From NCBI GenBank assembly GCA_002811645.1, contig PDIP01000022.1, positions 173,365-237,364 of the forward strand: 64,000 nucleotides of DNA. The letters run 5' to 3'. The DNA is from Corallochytrium limacisporum Hawaii. Lineage: Eukaryota > Protista > Pluriformea. Below are positions 1-10,666 of this stretch, piece by piece (within the stretch, counting starts at the first letter, position 1; every line of letters begins with the position of its first letter). The notes below the pieces were generated by a model. That model searched no databases. It was given only the letters and a program-made list of their open reading frames with translations, and had not been told where the DNA came from. Position numbers and translations under genes: made by a program.

Positions 1-474
1 ATAAATAATCATATAAATCACGATCCGGTATATATTTTCGAACGAAAATTTTGGTTGGATACGGAGTATACATTCAACTCAGAGGATAGTACTTAAACAG
101 TGGGGATCTTATCGCAAGACGTCCCCCACCAAAGCAAAAGCTCGATAGGACAGAAGGTTTGGCAGATCTTTTCCTTAGGCGGCGGGGGTGCTGTCGCCTT
201 AAAAAGCGTGCTCGGGAAGGCACGCTCCCAAGTCGCCATTTTTTTGTCGTCAGTATGATAAAAGTCATCGCAACGTGATGGATGGAGGACGTGTTTCCTT
301 ATTTCCTTGATTGGAAGTATGGTTCTTTGGGTCAAAGGTAATTGAGCAATACTAGTAAATGAACAATAAGGAAACCATTGTATGTTCTGTGAATAGGCAT
401 TGCAGGTACGGGATCCTATCGCAAGAATGAATTCGCCATAGTATGAGTCATAGTACAACCTAGCAACTTGTACC

Positions 475-1374
475 ATGGTAGAACTGCGGGCTCGAAAGGC
501 AAATGGCACAGCCGTGACCGAGACGGACATTAGCCCCAATGGCAAGGTCAACGGCAAGCAGGAGTTCCATGAGGACTATGATCCCCTTCTGGAACGGCAC
601 CCTACAGAAGTGGACCACGAGATTTCCCAATACATCGGCAAGCGCATGACAGCGCTTCTCCGTACATCGCACCGCTACGCGTCGTCGGAGGAGTATAAGC
701 CTTTGCTTCGTGGTTTCTTCCATGAATTTGCCTTCTTCACATGGCCGGTTTGGGGAATACTGCTGCTTTGGGAGATCGAAGAGCCTTTGGGACAGAGATG
801 GGAAGCCTTTGCGGCAGGAGTGATCTTCCTGTGTAGTCTCGCCGTGTGCTACGGTACTTCTGGACAATTCCATCGTAGAAACTGGGATTACGACACGGAA
901 ATGTGGGTGCGTAAGTTTGACCATGCCGCTATTGTTATGTGTATTGCCGGCAGCTGGACAGTTCCTCTGTGGCTGGTGCTACCGCCGGATTATGGTCGAC
1001 TGGCCGTATCGATCACCTGGTCAACTGCAATGATTGCAATTTGCTACTTGCTGGGCTCTGAACGCAGGGGTCAGACATGGATATCCATGCTGATCTACAT
1101 CGGTGCGACAGCAGCACCCTTACCATTCTTGCCCAGCATGTACTGGCATATGACCTGGCCTGAGCGTATTTCGAATGTCTCTTCATTATTAACATACGGC
1201 CTGGGCATGTGCGTCTACAAGACTAAGTGGCCCGGTCGTCACAACTTGATCTTTGGTTTCCATGAGCTTTGGCATATATGCACGCTAGTCGGAGGCGCTC
1301 TGTCATTCTGGGGGAACTACCTGATCATCCACCGCTTCATTGATGGGCAGATTCATGGCATAAGCATTGCATGA
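475..1374 (+). CDS. Hemolysin III / PAQR family 7-TM membrane protein
   Basis: LLRGFFH, SGQFH, RKFDHAAI and FGFHELWH motifs of the HlyIII/PAQR family; multiple hydrophobic helices; 299 aa. Confidence 0.85.
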   Translation: MVELRARKANGTAVTETDISPNGKVNGKQEFHEDYDPLLERHPTEVDHEISQYIGKRMTALLRTSHRYASSEEYKPLLRGFFHEFAFFTWPVWGILLLWEIEEPLGQRWEAFAAGVIFLCSLAVCYGTSGQFHRRNWDYDTEMWVRKFDHAAIVMCIAGSWTVPLWLVLPPDYGRLAVSITWSTAMIAICYLLGSERRGQTWISMLIYIGATAAPLPFLPSMYWHMTWPERISNVSSLLTYGLGMCVYKTKWPGRHNLIFGFHELWHICTLVGGALSFWGNYLIIHRFIDGQIHGISIA

Positions 1375-1490
1375 GAAACTGAAAATATCGTAAGACGCAC
1401 TTCATTCATACCGTATGCCTATCAATAAAATCACTAGAGTAAACACACTACGACTCTTATTTGCAGCTTCTCTACCAACGATTTCCCAAC

Positions 1491-2561
1491 TCAATCCTGA
1501 AAACGTTCCGTACTGCCTTCCCGCGATAGAGCTCTCTTGTCTGCGCCTCCACTGCCACCGCTGTCCCGCAGCGGCGAAACGTCGCGCTGGTTGTTCCGGT
1601 CGCGGCGACTGTGATTCCGTCCGCGGTGGTGCCTCCGACTGCCACTTCGATCACTGCGACTGTACCGTTCGCGTTCACGTGAGCGCGATCTCGACCGCGA
1701 CCGCGACCGCGGACTCCGGCGGTCCCGACGCACCGGCGAGTACGACGCTGAGCGCGGTGACCGGCTTCGACTATAGTCTCGCCGCCGCCGGTGATCACGG
1801 TTCCTGTCTCTGCGCCTGTAGCCCACGTCCCTGTCCCTATCGCGATCGCGCTCTCTATCTCTCGAACGATCCCTCCGGCGGTCCCGGTCTCTGTGGTCGC
1901 GCCGTTCTCTGTCCCGGCGATCTCCACGGCGGCGTTCGTAGTCTCTATCTCTGTCCCTGTCCCTGCCTCCGCCACGGCCGTAGCGGCCACCACGGTCGGG
2001 GGCCGCGCTTGAGCTCTGTTCGGACGTGGGCTTGCCCATGTACATGCCCGGAGTTGGTTCGTGCGGTTTCCTGGTCAGACTATAGTCCACACGAATAGTA
2101 CGGTCATTTAGGCTCATGCCATTCATGGCCTCCCGGCAATTTTTGGCGCTCTCCAGATCTTCAAAGTAGGCAAATCCAAAATTGCGACTGCGTCCAGTGC
2201 GACGGTCTTTGACTACCATTATGTCCTCAAGCTCGCCGAATTTCTCACATTCTTCGCGCAGGATGTCGTCCGTTGTGTAATTGGAAAGTCCAAAGAAACC
2301 AAGAACCGTGTTCGGTTCTGGATTCCGCTCTTTGGATTTTTGGCCACCGCCTCCGGCGTTCGTATTGGGCCCTTTGTCTCCAGCCTTGCTGTCTTCCTCA
2401 GCGTTTTGGTTTTCTTGATTGTTCTGGTCGTCCTCCATGTCCTCGTCACCCTTGTCCATCATGACATTTCCCTGCGGTTCCATCCCGACGGACTGTTCTT
2501 CCTCCATGGCATTGATCTCTGTGGAGATCTCCGGAGCCACCGGCTGACCTTCTGTTTCCAT
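1491..2561 (-). CDS. TRA2: Transformer-2-like RRM/RS splicing regulator
   Basis: RRM (LGFFGLS...SRNFGFAYF) followed by the TRA2-typical RVDYSLTRKPHEPTPGMYMG linker and an RS/RD-rich C-terminus. Confidence 0.85.
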   Translation of the reverse strand: METEGQPVAPEISTEINAMEEEQSVGMEPQGNVMMDKGDEDMEDDQNNQENQNAEEDSKAGDKGPNTNAGGGGQKSKERNPEPNTVLGFFGLSNYTTDDILREECEKFGELEDIMVVKDRRTGRSRNFGFAYFEDLESAKNCREAMNGMSLNDRTIRVDYSLTRKPHEPTPGMYMGKPTSEQSSSAAPDRGGRYGRGGGRDRDRDRDYERRRGDRRDRERRDHRDRDRRRDRSRDRERDRDRDRDVGYRRRDRNRDHRRRRDYSRSRSPRSASYSPVRRDRRSPRSRSRSRSRSRERERYSRSDRSGSRRHHRGRNHSRRDRNNQRDVSPLRDSGGSGGADKRALSREGSTERFQD

Positions 2562-5500
2562 GTCAGCTATGGTGTCCCAGGTATTTAGCCACTAATATGA
2601 GACCTGTTTCTACGAAATACACTTTTCCAGTCTGAAAGAGTTGTGTGAATACTGCCTTCTCACATGATCTGGCCGCTGCTGCACAACCCTATTCTCAATG
2701 TCCAGGAGGAATAAACTCCATATAATTTGTCCATTCGAAGAGTACAGTTTGACACCTTCGAGTCTTTCAATAGCTCAATCGGATTGCACGTCAATGGCAA
2801 GAAGCCTAAGACGCATCCGGGCCCCCGACGTATTCCTATAAAAAACTTTGACCTGTGACCAGAGAAAAATTCCCGAGCGGCCAAAAACAGGCGCTGACCA
2901 CAAAAAAAAATACACCTTTGCTCCTAAGAGAAAAAAGTCTACGAACCAAAATGAAACTCGGGGCGAAGGGGAGAGGGAGGGGAGGGGGGGGGTGGTGAGA
3001 AAAGAATGCGAGAGCTTTGTCCTCCTCCCCNNNNNNNNNNNNNNNNNNNNNNNNNNNNNNNNNNNNNNNNNNNNNNNNNNNNNNNNNNNNNNNNNNNNGG
3101 GGCGAAGGGGAGAGGGAGGGGAGGGGGGGGGGGGGGGAGAAAAGAATGCGAGAGCTTTGTCCTCCTCCCCCCTCCCTCCCTCCCTCCCTCCTGCTCCCTC
3201 TCTCCCACTCTCTCTCCCTCTCTCTCTCTCTCTCTCCCTACCCTCCCCGGCAGGGCAAGAGGCGGCGAGGAAAAAGAAAAAAAGGTACGGGAAGCGGTGG
3301 CCCGGGGAAAGCGCTTTCCAGAAGGCTGGGCGACAGAGAACCGTGAAGCCGCGCCAAACCACTAACGGTGGTACTCCCCAGCCACTACCACACACCACCC
3401 TTGCGACTTACGAAACGCTCTCTCCCTCCCCACCGCGGGGCTCCCCCTCGCCAGCCACCCCTCCCCTCCTTCTTCTCCCTTCTCTCACCCCGGAGTACCT
3501 AAAAATAATCGTGGCCGAAAGCCCGAAGCCCCGCCGCGGGGGGGGAGGGGGGGAGGGGGGAGTGTGTGCGTGCGTGCGTGTGTGTGTGCGCCCGTTTTGC
3601 CACAGTGCCGCAGGGGCAGGGGTCGAAAAAGAATGCGTTCGATATTTCAGCGAAGTTCGGTGGCAGCGCGAAAAACACACGCTGTAACGCATTCTATTGG
3701 TTGCGTAATACTATGAATTGCTACTACATCATTGTGTCATNNNNNNNNNNNNNNNNNNNNNNNNNNNNNNNNNNNNNNNNNNNNNNNNNNNNNNNNNNNN
3801 NNNNNNNNNNNNNNNNNNNNNNNNNNNNNNNNNNNNNNNNNNNNNNNNNNNNNNNNNAATAGAATGCGAAAAACACACGCTGTAACGCATTCTATTGGTT
3901 GCGTAATACTATGAATTGATACTACATCATTGTGTCATCGGGAGAGGAAGCCAACTGAGCCTGTCCACCGCTGTGTCTTGGGGAGAAAGTTTTTTTACAG
4001 AGAGAGGGCCGCCTCTCTCCCCCACTCGCAGTAAAACGAAACAAAGAAAAAAGTGGCCGGTGGAGTATAGAAGGAGAAGGGGGGGTGGGTGGGGGGAACC
4101 CAAAACCCCAAAGAATAATTAATGCGGCCCACGGACACGGGTATTCCTGGTAGGCCTGTTCACTGTTTTGGTCATAGCTGGGTGGAGGATGTGTGGTTTC
4201 AGCGATGTCTGTGATCGGGTTGTGTGTTGACACCTAGTCCTTCCTGTTGCGCTGCGGAGGATGCCTTTCTCTCAGTATTATCAAAGTACCAGATTCCAAG
4301 TCCAGTTCGAAGAATTCCTCTTGTGCCACACCACGCGCCGATAGTGTAGAATCTGCACCTGTGGTCCTCTTGTTTTGTTATTTTTTTATCAACAGTCCGC
4401 CTTGTTTTTAGATGCGGATCCCTAAGTTCTCCATATGTACATATACCTGAGGGCCTGCGGGCAATAAAAATATTGCCATCCGGTCTTCATTCCATCTTTT
4501 CCCGAAATCGGTGTTAGATTTGCGTTGAACGCTGGCTGCTTAGCGCCACCGCTTAAATTTGACAGCTGTTTGCCCACCCACGCAAATTGGCACGCAACGT
4601 GTGCATGGGGCTAATAGGTAGAAGGGAGGGCAAGGGGGGAAGAGAGGAGTGTGGGCAAAAGGAGTTTCTGCACAGAGAGCTGCAAGCGCGTGCATCCACG
4701 CACAGCACAGGTGTGACATTGGCACGCATCTGTCCAATACCCAGTAAACATCAATTGCCATCCCCAAGACCCCATTTCCAGAACGACTAGGTCCAGTGAT
4801 GATTTCACAACATCTTAAAAGCGCACAGTATCGAAGGCAATGGGATAAGGGAGAGGAGCTGTAGAGCCGCACCCCCCCCCCCCCTTGTACATGGCGCATG
4901 GCAAGGCTCAAGTTTTGGAGCCGGGTTTCAAGTCTCTTGCGGCTCGCGCGGGAAAAGGAAGGAGCTGAGAAAACCAGCCCCCCTTTTCTTTTTACCCAGG
5001 AACTCTAATCCAAATTAATTATATAATTAGGTTTCAGGTTTATTTGCATGCTGACGGCTAGCTTTTTCCCCTAGGGGAGAGAGTGGGGTAGGGTAGCCAG
5101 GAGAAACTGGGCAGGGCAAGGCAACTGCAGCTGAGCCAATCCAGGTCTTGTGACATCTGCCAGCGGTGTGCGAAGTCTTCGCGTGGAGCGTCTACTACTC
5201 CCACCCACTGCCTTTTGTAAACTGTTGTTTGGGGCCGCAGAGATGTGTGTACCCGTTGCGTCCTGGCGGTCGTGACAGTGCTGCGAGTATTGCCAGCGGG
5301 GGTGCGGGTAACAGGCTGTTTCGTAGTCCGTACTAAACATGGAACGGTGTGGGAAACTCTATGGAGTTTGGCTCCATAGTCCCGGCACCTGCCAGCCAAC
5401 GACATTTGCGCTTTATTTTGCGGTAGGGGCTTCGGTTGGACGACACATCCCCCATCTGACGCGTGCCGGCATATTGGTGGGGGTGGACTTGCCCGAGTCG

Positions 5501-5688
5501 GAGTCGAACTAACGACACACAGGGCTGCAGGGAGCGCATATATGCCGATGTCAAAGAAAGGTAGCTGAGTGCTCAAGACCTGAGGAAGCTAAGGTATATT
5601 TCATAGCCAGGTTCTAGTTTCTAATTCAAGGAAAGCTCCGTCGACTATCACACCGATACTCGGTGAATTCTGTTTGTCTAAGATCGAA

Positions 5689-6873
5689 ATGTTGGCTGCA
5701 GCTCTGCGCAGACAGGCCACTACAGTCTCTGCTGTCCGTCAACAGTCATCTCGAGCGAGAGCCGCTATCGGGTTCAGTGTAATGGCGGGTGTGAAACGTT
5801 CTTACGCAACTGTTGAGGATGATGTTCTTGTGGAGCAGGTCGACAGTGCCGGTATCATTACAATGAACCGTCCCAAGGCACTCAACTCCCTCAACATGAG
5901 CATGATTAACAAAATGCAGCCTGCGTACACCAAATTTGAGGAAGACGATAATATCAATGTTGTGGTACTCAAAGGTGTCGGAAAGGGATTCTGTGCTGGT
6001 GGTGATGTCCGCCATCTTGCCGAGGCCGGCTTGGCTGGCGACCTTGAACCGTCCAACACCTTTTACAGGACCGAATACCAATTGGACTACCATATTGGTA
6101 CGCTGACGAAGCCCCATGTGTCCATCATCGACGGCATTTGCATGGGCGGCGGTGTTGGTGTCTCTGTGCACGGTATGGGCCGCGTGGTGACCGAAAATTG
6201 CCTATTTGCCATGCCCGAGACAGGTATTGGTTTGGTCCCAGACGTCGGTGGATCGTGGTTCTTGCCGCGCCTACAAGGAGAACTAGGCATGTTCCTAGGT
6301 CTAACGGGCTACCGTCTCAAGGGCGGCGATGTGTACCACGCGGGAGTTGGCACCCACTACGTTCCCAGCGAGAAGCTCGCGGATTTGGAGCGTGACCTTG
6401 CCCGCAGCGACGACATCCAGTCAACTCTCGATGACTACCACCAGGATCCAGAGACTCCGTTCACTTTGGCTGAGCATATGGATCTGATCAACCGCACTTT
6501 TGACAAAAACACAGTTGAAGAGATCGTCGAAGCCTTGCGCGCCGATGGCAGTGAGTTTGCTCTGAAGCAGGTCAATACTCTGGCCAAGATGTCCCCCACC
6601 TCTTGCAAGCTCACGATGCGCCAGCTCAGGGACGGTGCTAAGATGACGTCTCTTGCCGAGTGCCTTAAGATGGAACTGCGTCTTGTGCTGCACTGTGCGG
6701 AGGGCACCGACTTCTATGAGGGTGTTGGTGCGGTTCTGATTCACAAGCACAATAGTCCGAAGTGGAACCCGGACAAACTCGAGGACGTCTCGCAGGCCCT
6801 GGTTGATAAGCACTTTGGCCCGATCAAGGAGGAGCTCGTTCTCCCTGAGCGTAGCCCCAGTTCCCGCCTGTAA
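5689..6873 (+). CDS. HIBCH: 3-hydroxyisobutyryl-CoA hydrolase (crotonase family)
   Basis: NRPKALNSL, FCAGGDV, GICMGGGVG, FAMPETGIGLVPDVG and DFYEGV motifs; Arg/Ser/Ala-rich presequence; first ATG at 5689. Confidence 0.93.
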   Translation: MLAAALRRQATTVSAVRQQSSRARAAIGFSVMAGVKRSYATVEDDVLVEQVDSAGIITMNRPKALNSLNMSMINKMQPAYTKFEEDDNINVVVLKGVGKGFCAGGDVRHLAEAGLAGDLEPSNTFYRTEYQLDYHIGTLTKPHVSIIDGICMGGGVGVSVHGMGRVVTENCLFAMPETGIGLVPDVGGSWFLPRLQGELGMFLGLTGYRLKGGDVYHAGVGTHYVPSEKLADLERDLARSDDIQSTLDDYHQDPETPFTLAEHMDLINRTFDKNTVEEIVEALRADGSEFALKQVNTLAKMSPTSCKLTMRQLRDGAKMTSLAECLKMELRLVLHCAEGTDFYEGVGAVLIHKHNSPKWNPDKLEDVSQALVDKHFGPIKEELVLPERSPSSRL

Positions 6874-6994
6874 ATGGTTCCAAAACTCGACCCAATCTAC
6901 AACGATACAATAGTCTATAGCAGGTATACTTTACTTGAAACTAGCGGGTAATGATAAATTACGGTAGTTGACCTTTGCAAAGCGTGTACTTCAT

Positions 6995-7555
6995 CTACCG
7001 TGACTCTAGGTACCGCTCTCTTGCCATAACACTGGCACTAAATTTGATCAGTATGGTCGTACCTTTTTCCGTGGAATGGGCCGTGACGCGGGCTGGGAAA
7101 TGTGCTCCGTCCAGCACGGCTTCTACAATGCCCGCCACAAAGGCACCACAATTTAGTGACCCAAAATCTGCCGGAAGGTCAATAAATCTGTTAACTATCA
7201 GGTCGCTATCGGTGATGAGATACGTGTCATCGCCCTTTGAGTTCTCCTTCTCCAGGTACTCTGCCTGCTTCCCAAACAAAATACGCCAAAGTGTGCTCTG
7301 AATAAAGTAGAGTTCGTTTAAGATCCGAGTCTCACGCTTTTGTCCCTTGTCACGAACGTGGAAGAGTTCAATTACGCGCACTCCAACGCGATACCCTATT
7401 TCGGAGAGTTTACGCTCCAGCTCTGGGATTGAGTCTACGCGGACTCGACAGTACTGGACTATTTCCGCAAAGAGAAACGCAAAGGACGACAACGCAATAT
7501 CGGTGCGATTCCTTCCCAGGACCTGGTCCTTAGCAGATTTTGTGCTTTTGCTCAT
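6995..7555 (-). CDS. TRAPPC5: TRAPP complex subunit 5 (Trs31)
   Basis: SSFAFLFAEIVQY, LNCGAFVAGIVEAVLDGAHFPARVTAH motifs. Confidence 0.95.
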   Translation of the reverse strand: MSKSTKSAKDQVLGRNRTDIALSSFAFLFAEIVQYCRVRVDSIPELERKLSEIGYRVGVRVIELFHVRDKGQKRETRILNELYFIQSTLWRILFGKQAEYLEKENSKGDDTYLITDSDLIVNRFIDLPADFGSLNCGAFVAGIVEAVLDGAHFPARVTAHSTEKGTTILIKFSASVMARERYLESR

Positions 7556-8112
7556 CTCACTGTTATGGATTAACTATGGTTTATGCTTGAGGGACTACGC
7601 ATACATATCTCTGTTGCAACACTACATCTAGAAATTGATCGGCTGTGTGACCATCTATGCCAGCATAGATATTTAAGCATTCATTGATCAATGTTTACGC
7701 ATTGAACATGACACGAGCATCTACGTTGAAATAGCTCGGCGCCAACGGACAGATGGTTTGCTGCGATCAGGGTGTGTTTGGTCGCATGGTTTGTTTCCCC
7801 GTCCCGGACCCTCTCGAGAAAGCAAAGCCTCGATTTCCCGGCCCCCCCTTTTCTCCCCTGCGGGGAGAGGGGGGCGCCGAACTCGACCCCTACCCGCAGA
7901 GGGTCCTCTTGCCGCCCCCTCCCGCAGGCCGGGCCGGCCGGAGGGTATTTTAGGCAACGGGAGCGTCTTGGGGGGCTCTATGCCGAGTCTCTTTGGAGAT
8001 GTATAGTGGTAGAGGTATTGTGAGTGAATGTCGAGCAGCCACGTGACAAAGACAAGGCGTTATAATGTAAATTTGATGAGAATACCCACGGTCAATCCCA
8101 AAGAACACGAAG

Positions 8113-8970
8113 ATGTCGTATGATACGCAATCGCCAGCGTCTGGCCCCAATGGGGCAACAGATCTGACCACAGTATTGGCCAATCTTAAGCACCATGTCC
8201 GTATGACAATGGCTACATTTCGGGCAGAGGCGCCAGTGACCTACGCGCAAACCCTTGCGTCCGCAACCACAGTGTTTGCCGCTGACATGGGGTTTATTCC
8301 GTTTCATTGGACATGTCTGCCAGCCATAAGCCCTGGAGACGGAGGGATCATGTCCGCGCTGCTGCAGCCGCACCGGCTGATCCTACCGCTATTAAGTTTT
8401 CGTTATGGATCATTTGAGCAACTCTTTATGCTGAGCGTCATGCAGAGACGCCTGGAACGGGAAGAATATGGATCCCCACGAATGTTGCAAAGGGTCGGTG
8501 TCGGGTCCCTTCTACTGATTCTCATGCAGTTTCTCGCCGCACGCATTTCACCCTTAAAAAGCTTTGCTGTGCATCGATTGGGTACATCATTGGTAACAAT
8601 GTCAGTATGGATGATGTGTCGACGGAGACCGCAGCAGTTTGTAAGAGTGTGGGGTATGCTGCAGGTTGAGGCCCGATTCCTACCCTGGGTGCAGCTGTTC
8701 TGGAGCTTCATACTGGGGGGTCTAGACCTGCGCGAACGGCTGTGGGGCATGGGTGTGGGTGAATTGCTCATGCGCATGGGGGCCCATCCGCAGTGGAAGC
8801 AGCTACTAGCCCCGCCGTTGGCGATAGAACGGCTCTTCGAGCGCATGTACGTGACCCAGCCACCACCGACAGTAGAGCAAATCTACGGAAGGATGCCAGG
8901 AGGGGGCAACAGGCCCGCGCAGCGCGGTGTACACTTTGCGGGCAGTGGGCATCGTCTTGGTGGACGATGA
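8113..8970 (+). CDS. Derlin-like ERAD rhomboid pseudoprotease
   Basis: Multi-TM; RRPQQFVRVWGMLQVEARFLPWV resembles the Derlin signature; C-terminal SHP box FAGSGHRLG for p97 binding. Start could be a downstream ATG. Confidence 0.8.
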   Translation: MSYDTQSPASGPNGATDLTTVLANLKHHVRMTMATFRAEAPVTYAQTLASATTVFAADMGFIPFHWTCLPAISPGDGGIMSALLQPHRLILPLLSFRYGSFEQLFMLSVMQRRLEREEYGSPRMLQRVGVGSLLLILMQFLAARISPLKSFAVHRLGTSLVTMSVWMMCRRRPQQFVRVWGMLQVEARFLPWVQLFWSFILGGLDLRERLWGMGVGELLMRMGAHPQWKQLLAPPLAIERLFERMYVTQPPPTVEQIYGRMPGGGNRPAQRGVHFAGSGHRLGGR

Positions 8971-9175
8971 GATGGCTTTGTGATGCGATGCAAATACTTA
9001 AACCAGAGTGGTAGTGTCACTGCAGAGAATAAATCAATAGAAATGTATGTGAACTATGTATATTACACTACTCTTTGAAGGGAGCACATGGATGATATGG
9101 AAAGTATGAAAGTATGAAAGATTCGGTTTTGGTTGATGATATGCTCAATTGTCGGGTGCACACTGTCTGTCACAG

Positions 9176-10666
9176 CTACCCAATAATCATAGAAGTGCCA
9201 TGGTGTTGCATTTCAGATTCGCGGTTGCTGTGGTTGTTCGTGCCATTGGCCTGCCGATTCTCCGGCCGGCGCAGTGAGGCCCGCCAAGATTCATAGGAGT
9301 TCAGACGCCGAGTACCACTTGAACGGCTGCGGCGACTACGGCGAGTGCCATCTTGGTTGTCAGCTTGGCTGTCAGCTTGGCTGTCAGCTTGGTTGTCAGC
9401 TTGGTTGTCAGCCTGGTTATCAGAGCTGTCATCCTGGTTGACGTTGTTCTCTTCCTCGTTGTTCGCATTATTATTGTTTATGCGATTGGCGCGCTGACTG
9501 CGGACACGCTCCATTGCATCGCGAGCTTCTTGCGTGGTCAGACCACCAATCATAAAGCCATCGGCGGCCAGACGGCTCTCGACGCGCCATCTGCTGCTGG
9601 CTGCAACCATGATACAGCCCCACACAACGGCCCACGCCCATCCAATTACGCTGTCGTGGAAAATGATCTGAGCAGCGGCAACGCCGCCGGTGAGGATGAA
9701 GCAGAGGATTCGCCGCGGACGCTGCAGACGCGGATTACCACGCCACGCTACAGTCCATGCGGCGAGAGCCGTGCCTATACCGGGATAGATAACGTTGCCT
9801 ACCAGTGTGAACACAGCCACAGGTAAGGGCAGGATTGGAAAGATCATCTGCGCGTACTCCCACTTGGACTGATGGAGGGCCAGGTGGGCGCTAATATCAT
9901 AACGGGTGCGCACGCGCAGACTTACCGAGTTCGACATATGGGTGCTGCCGATGCGACGATGGCCCCTCCGAGCTACAGATCGATATTCAGGCGGCTGCTC
10001 CTCGACGTCAATGTCATCGTAGGTCGGTGGTTGAGCCGATGGCGCTGGGGGTAGGGGGTGAATGTCACCCTCCTCCACCCCACTGTCGTTGTCATCGCTT
10101 TTGCTACAACGATCCCCCTTTGGAATGAAAACTGGTGTGTCATCTACGCCAAGTTCGCCTTCGTGGCCATAGACGGGATGCAATTCGCCGTTTTCCATGC
10201 GCACGCCGACGTAGTCTATCTGTGACTGATGAGTCTCTCTGAGAGCCGCAGTGCTTGGTGCAGTTGGCTCTTCCACGTCAATATCAATGCTTGTATGGTA
10301 CGAGGGGGCCACTGATCTCCTAGAAATTGACCCAAGTTCCCGTCCCGCAGACTGCTGGCTCTGAACTACTCGTGGAGTCGATGTACCACTACCTTGCTGG
10401 CTCGAATACTCCGGGGGTCCCGAGCGCATGCTAATATTATCCGCTCTTGCCTCTTGCTGCAGACGTAGTATCCGACTTAAAATCTCCAACGCTGACGATT
10501 GATTCCGCTCATTACGCTCCTCAGGAACTGTTTCCGATGGAGATTCCTCCGGTTGATAATGGTCCAAAGGTACCGGTGGCGGTTCGTTGTAGGGATCCGC
10601 GGGCAAGCCGAGCCTGGTCCGCGCCTCACGGGCCCGCGAAGCGCTATAGGGGTTATCTCTCGGCAT
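9176..10666 (-). CDS. STUM/SPEC3-domain membrane protein with long disordered PPxY-containing N-terminus
   Basis: PILPLPVAVFTLVGNVIYPGIGT...IGWAWAVVWG matches the SPEC3/stum hydrophobic signature. Confidence 0.7.
   Translation of the reverse strand: MPRDNPYSASRAREARTRLGLPADPYNEPPPVPLDHYQPEESPSETVPEERNERNQSSALEILSRILRLQQEARADNISMRSGPPEYSSQQGSGTSTPRVVQSQQSAGRELGSISRRSVAPSYHTSIDIDVEEPTAPSTAALRETHQSQIDYVGVRMENGELHPVYGHEGELGVDDTPVFIPKGDRCSKSDDNDSGVEEGDIHPLPPAPSAQPPTYDDIDVEEQPPEYRSVARRGHRRIGSTHMSNSVSLRVRTRYDISAHLALHQSKWEYAQMIFPILPLPVAVFTLVGNVIYPGIGTALAAWTVAWRGNPRLQRPRRILCFILTGGVAAAQIIFHDSVIGWAWAVVWGCIMVAASSRWRVESRLAADGFMIGGLTTQEARDAMERVRSQRANRINNNNANNEEENNVNQDDSSDNQADNQADNQADSQADSQADNQDGTRRSRRSRSSGTRRLNSYESWRASLRRPENRQANGTNNHSNRESEMQHHGTSMIIG
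9353..9424. repeat. 12-bp coding tandem repeat (QADN/QADS units)
   Basis: Repeated cagcttgg(t/c)tgt units within the STUM-like CDS. Confidence 0.85.

Noticed and set aside
2960-3170. About 70-bp direct repeat on both sides of the first N gap
   Set aside because: Identical sequence flanking a scaffold gap at a poly-G tract; most likely an unmerged contig overlap.
3668-3939. About 70-bp near-identical repeat flanking the second N gap
   Set aside because: Likely an assembly artefact or collapsed tandem repeat; cannot be resolved across Ns; not CRISPR.
5042-5049. Octamer ATTTGCAT
   Set aside because: Single occurrence with no adjacent snRNA or histone gene.
5160-5560. RNase P/MRP-like RNA (GGGAAACTCT, hairpin at about 5359-5379)
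   Set aside because: No matching 3' P4 strand found.
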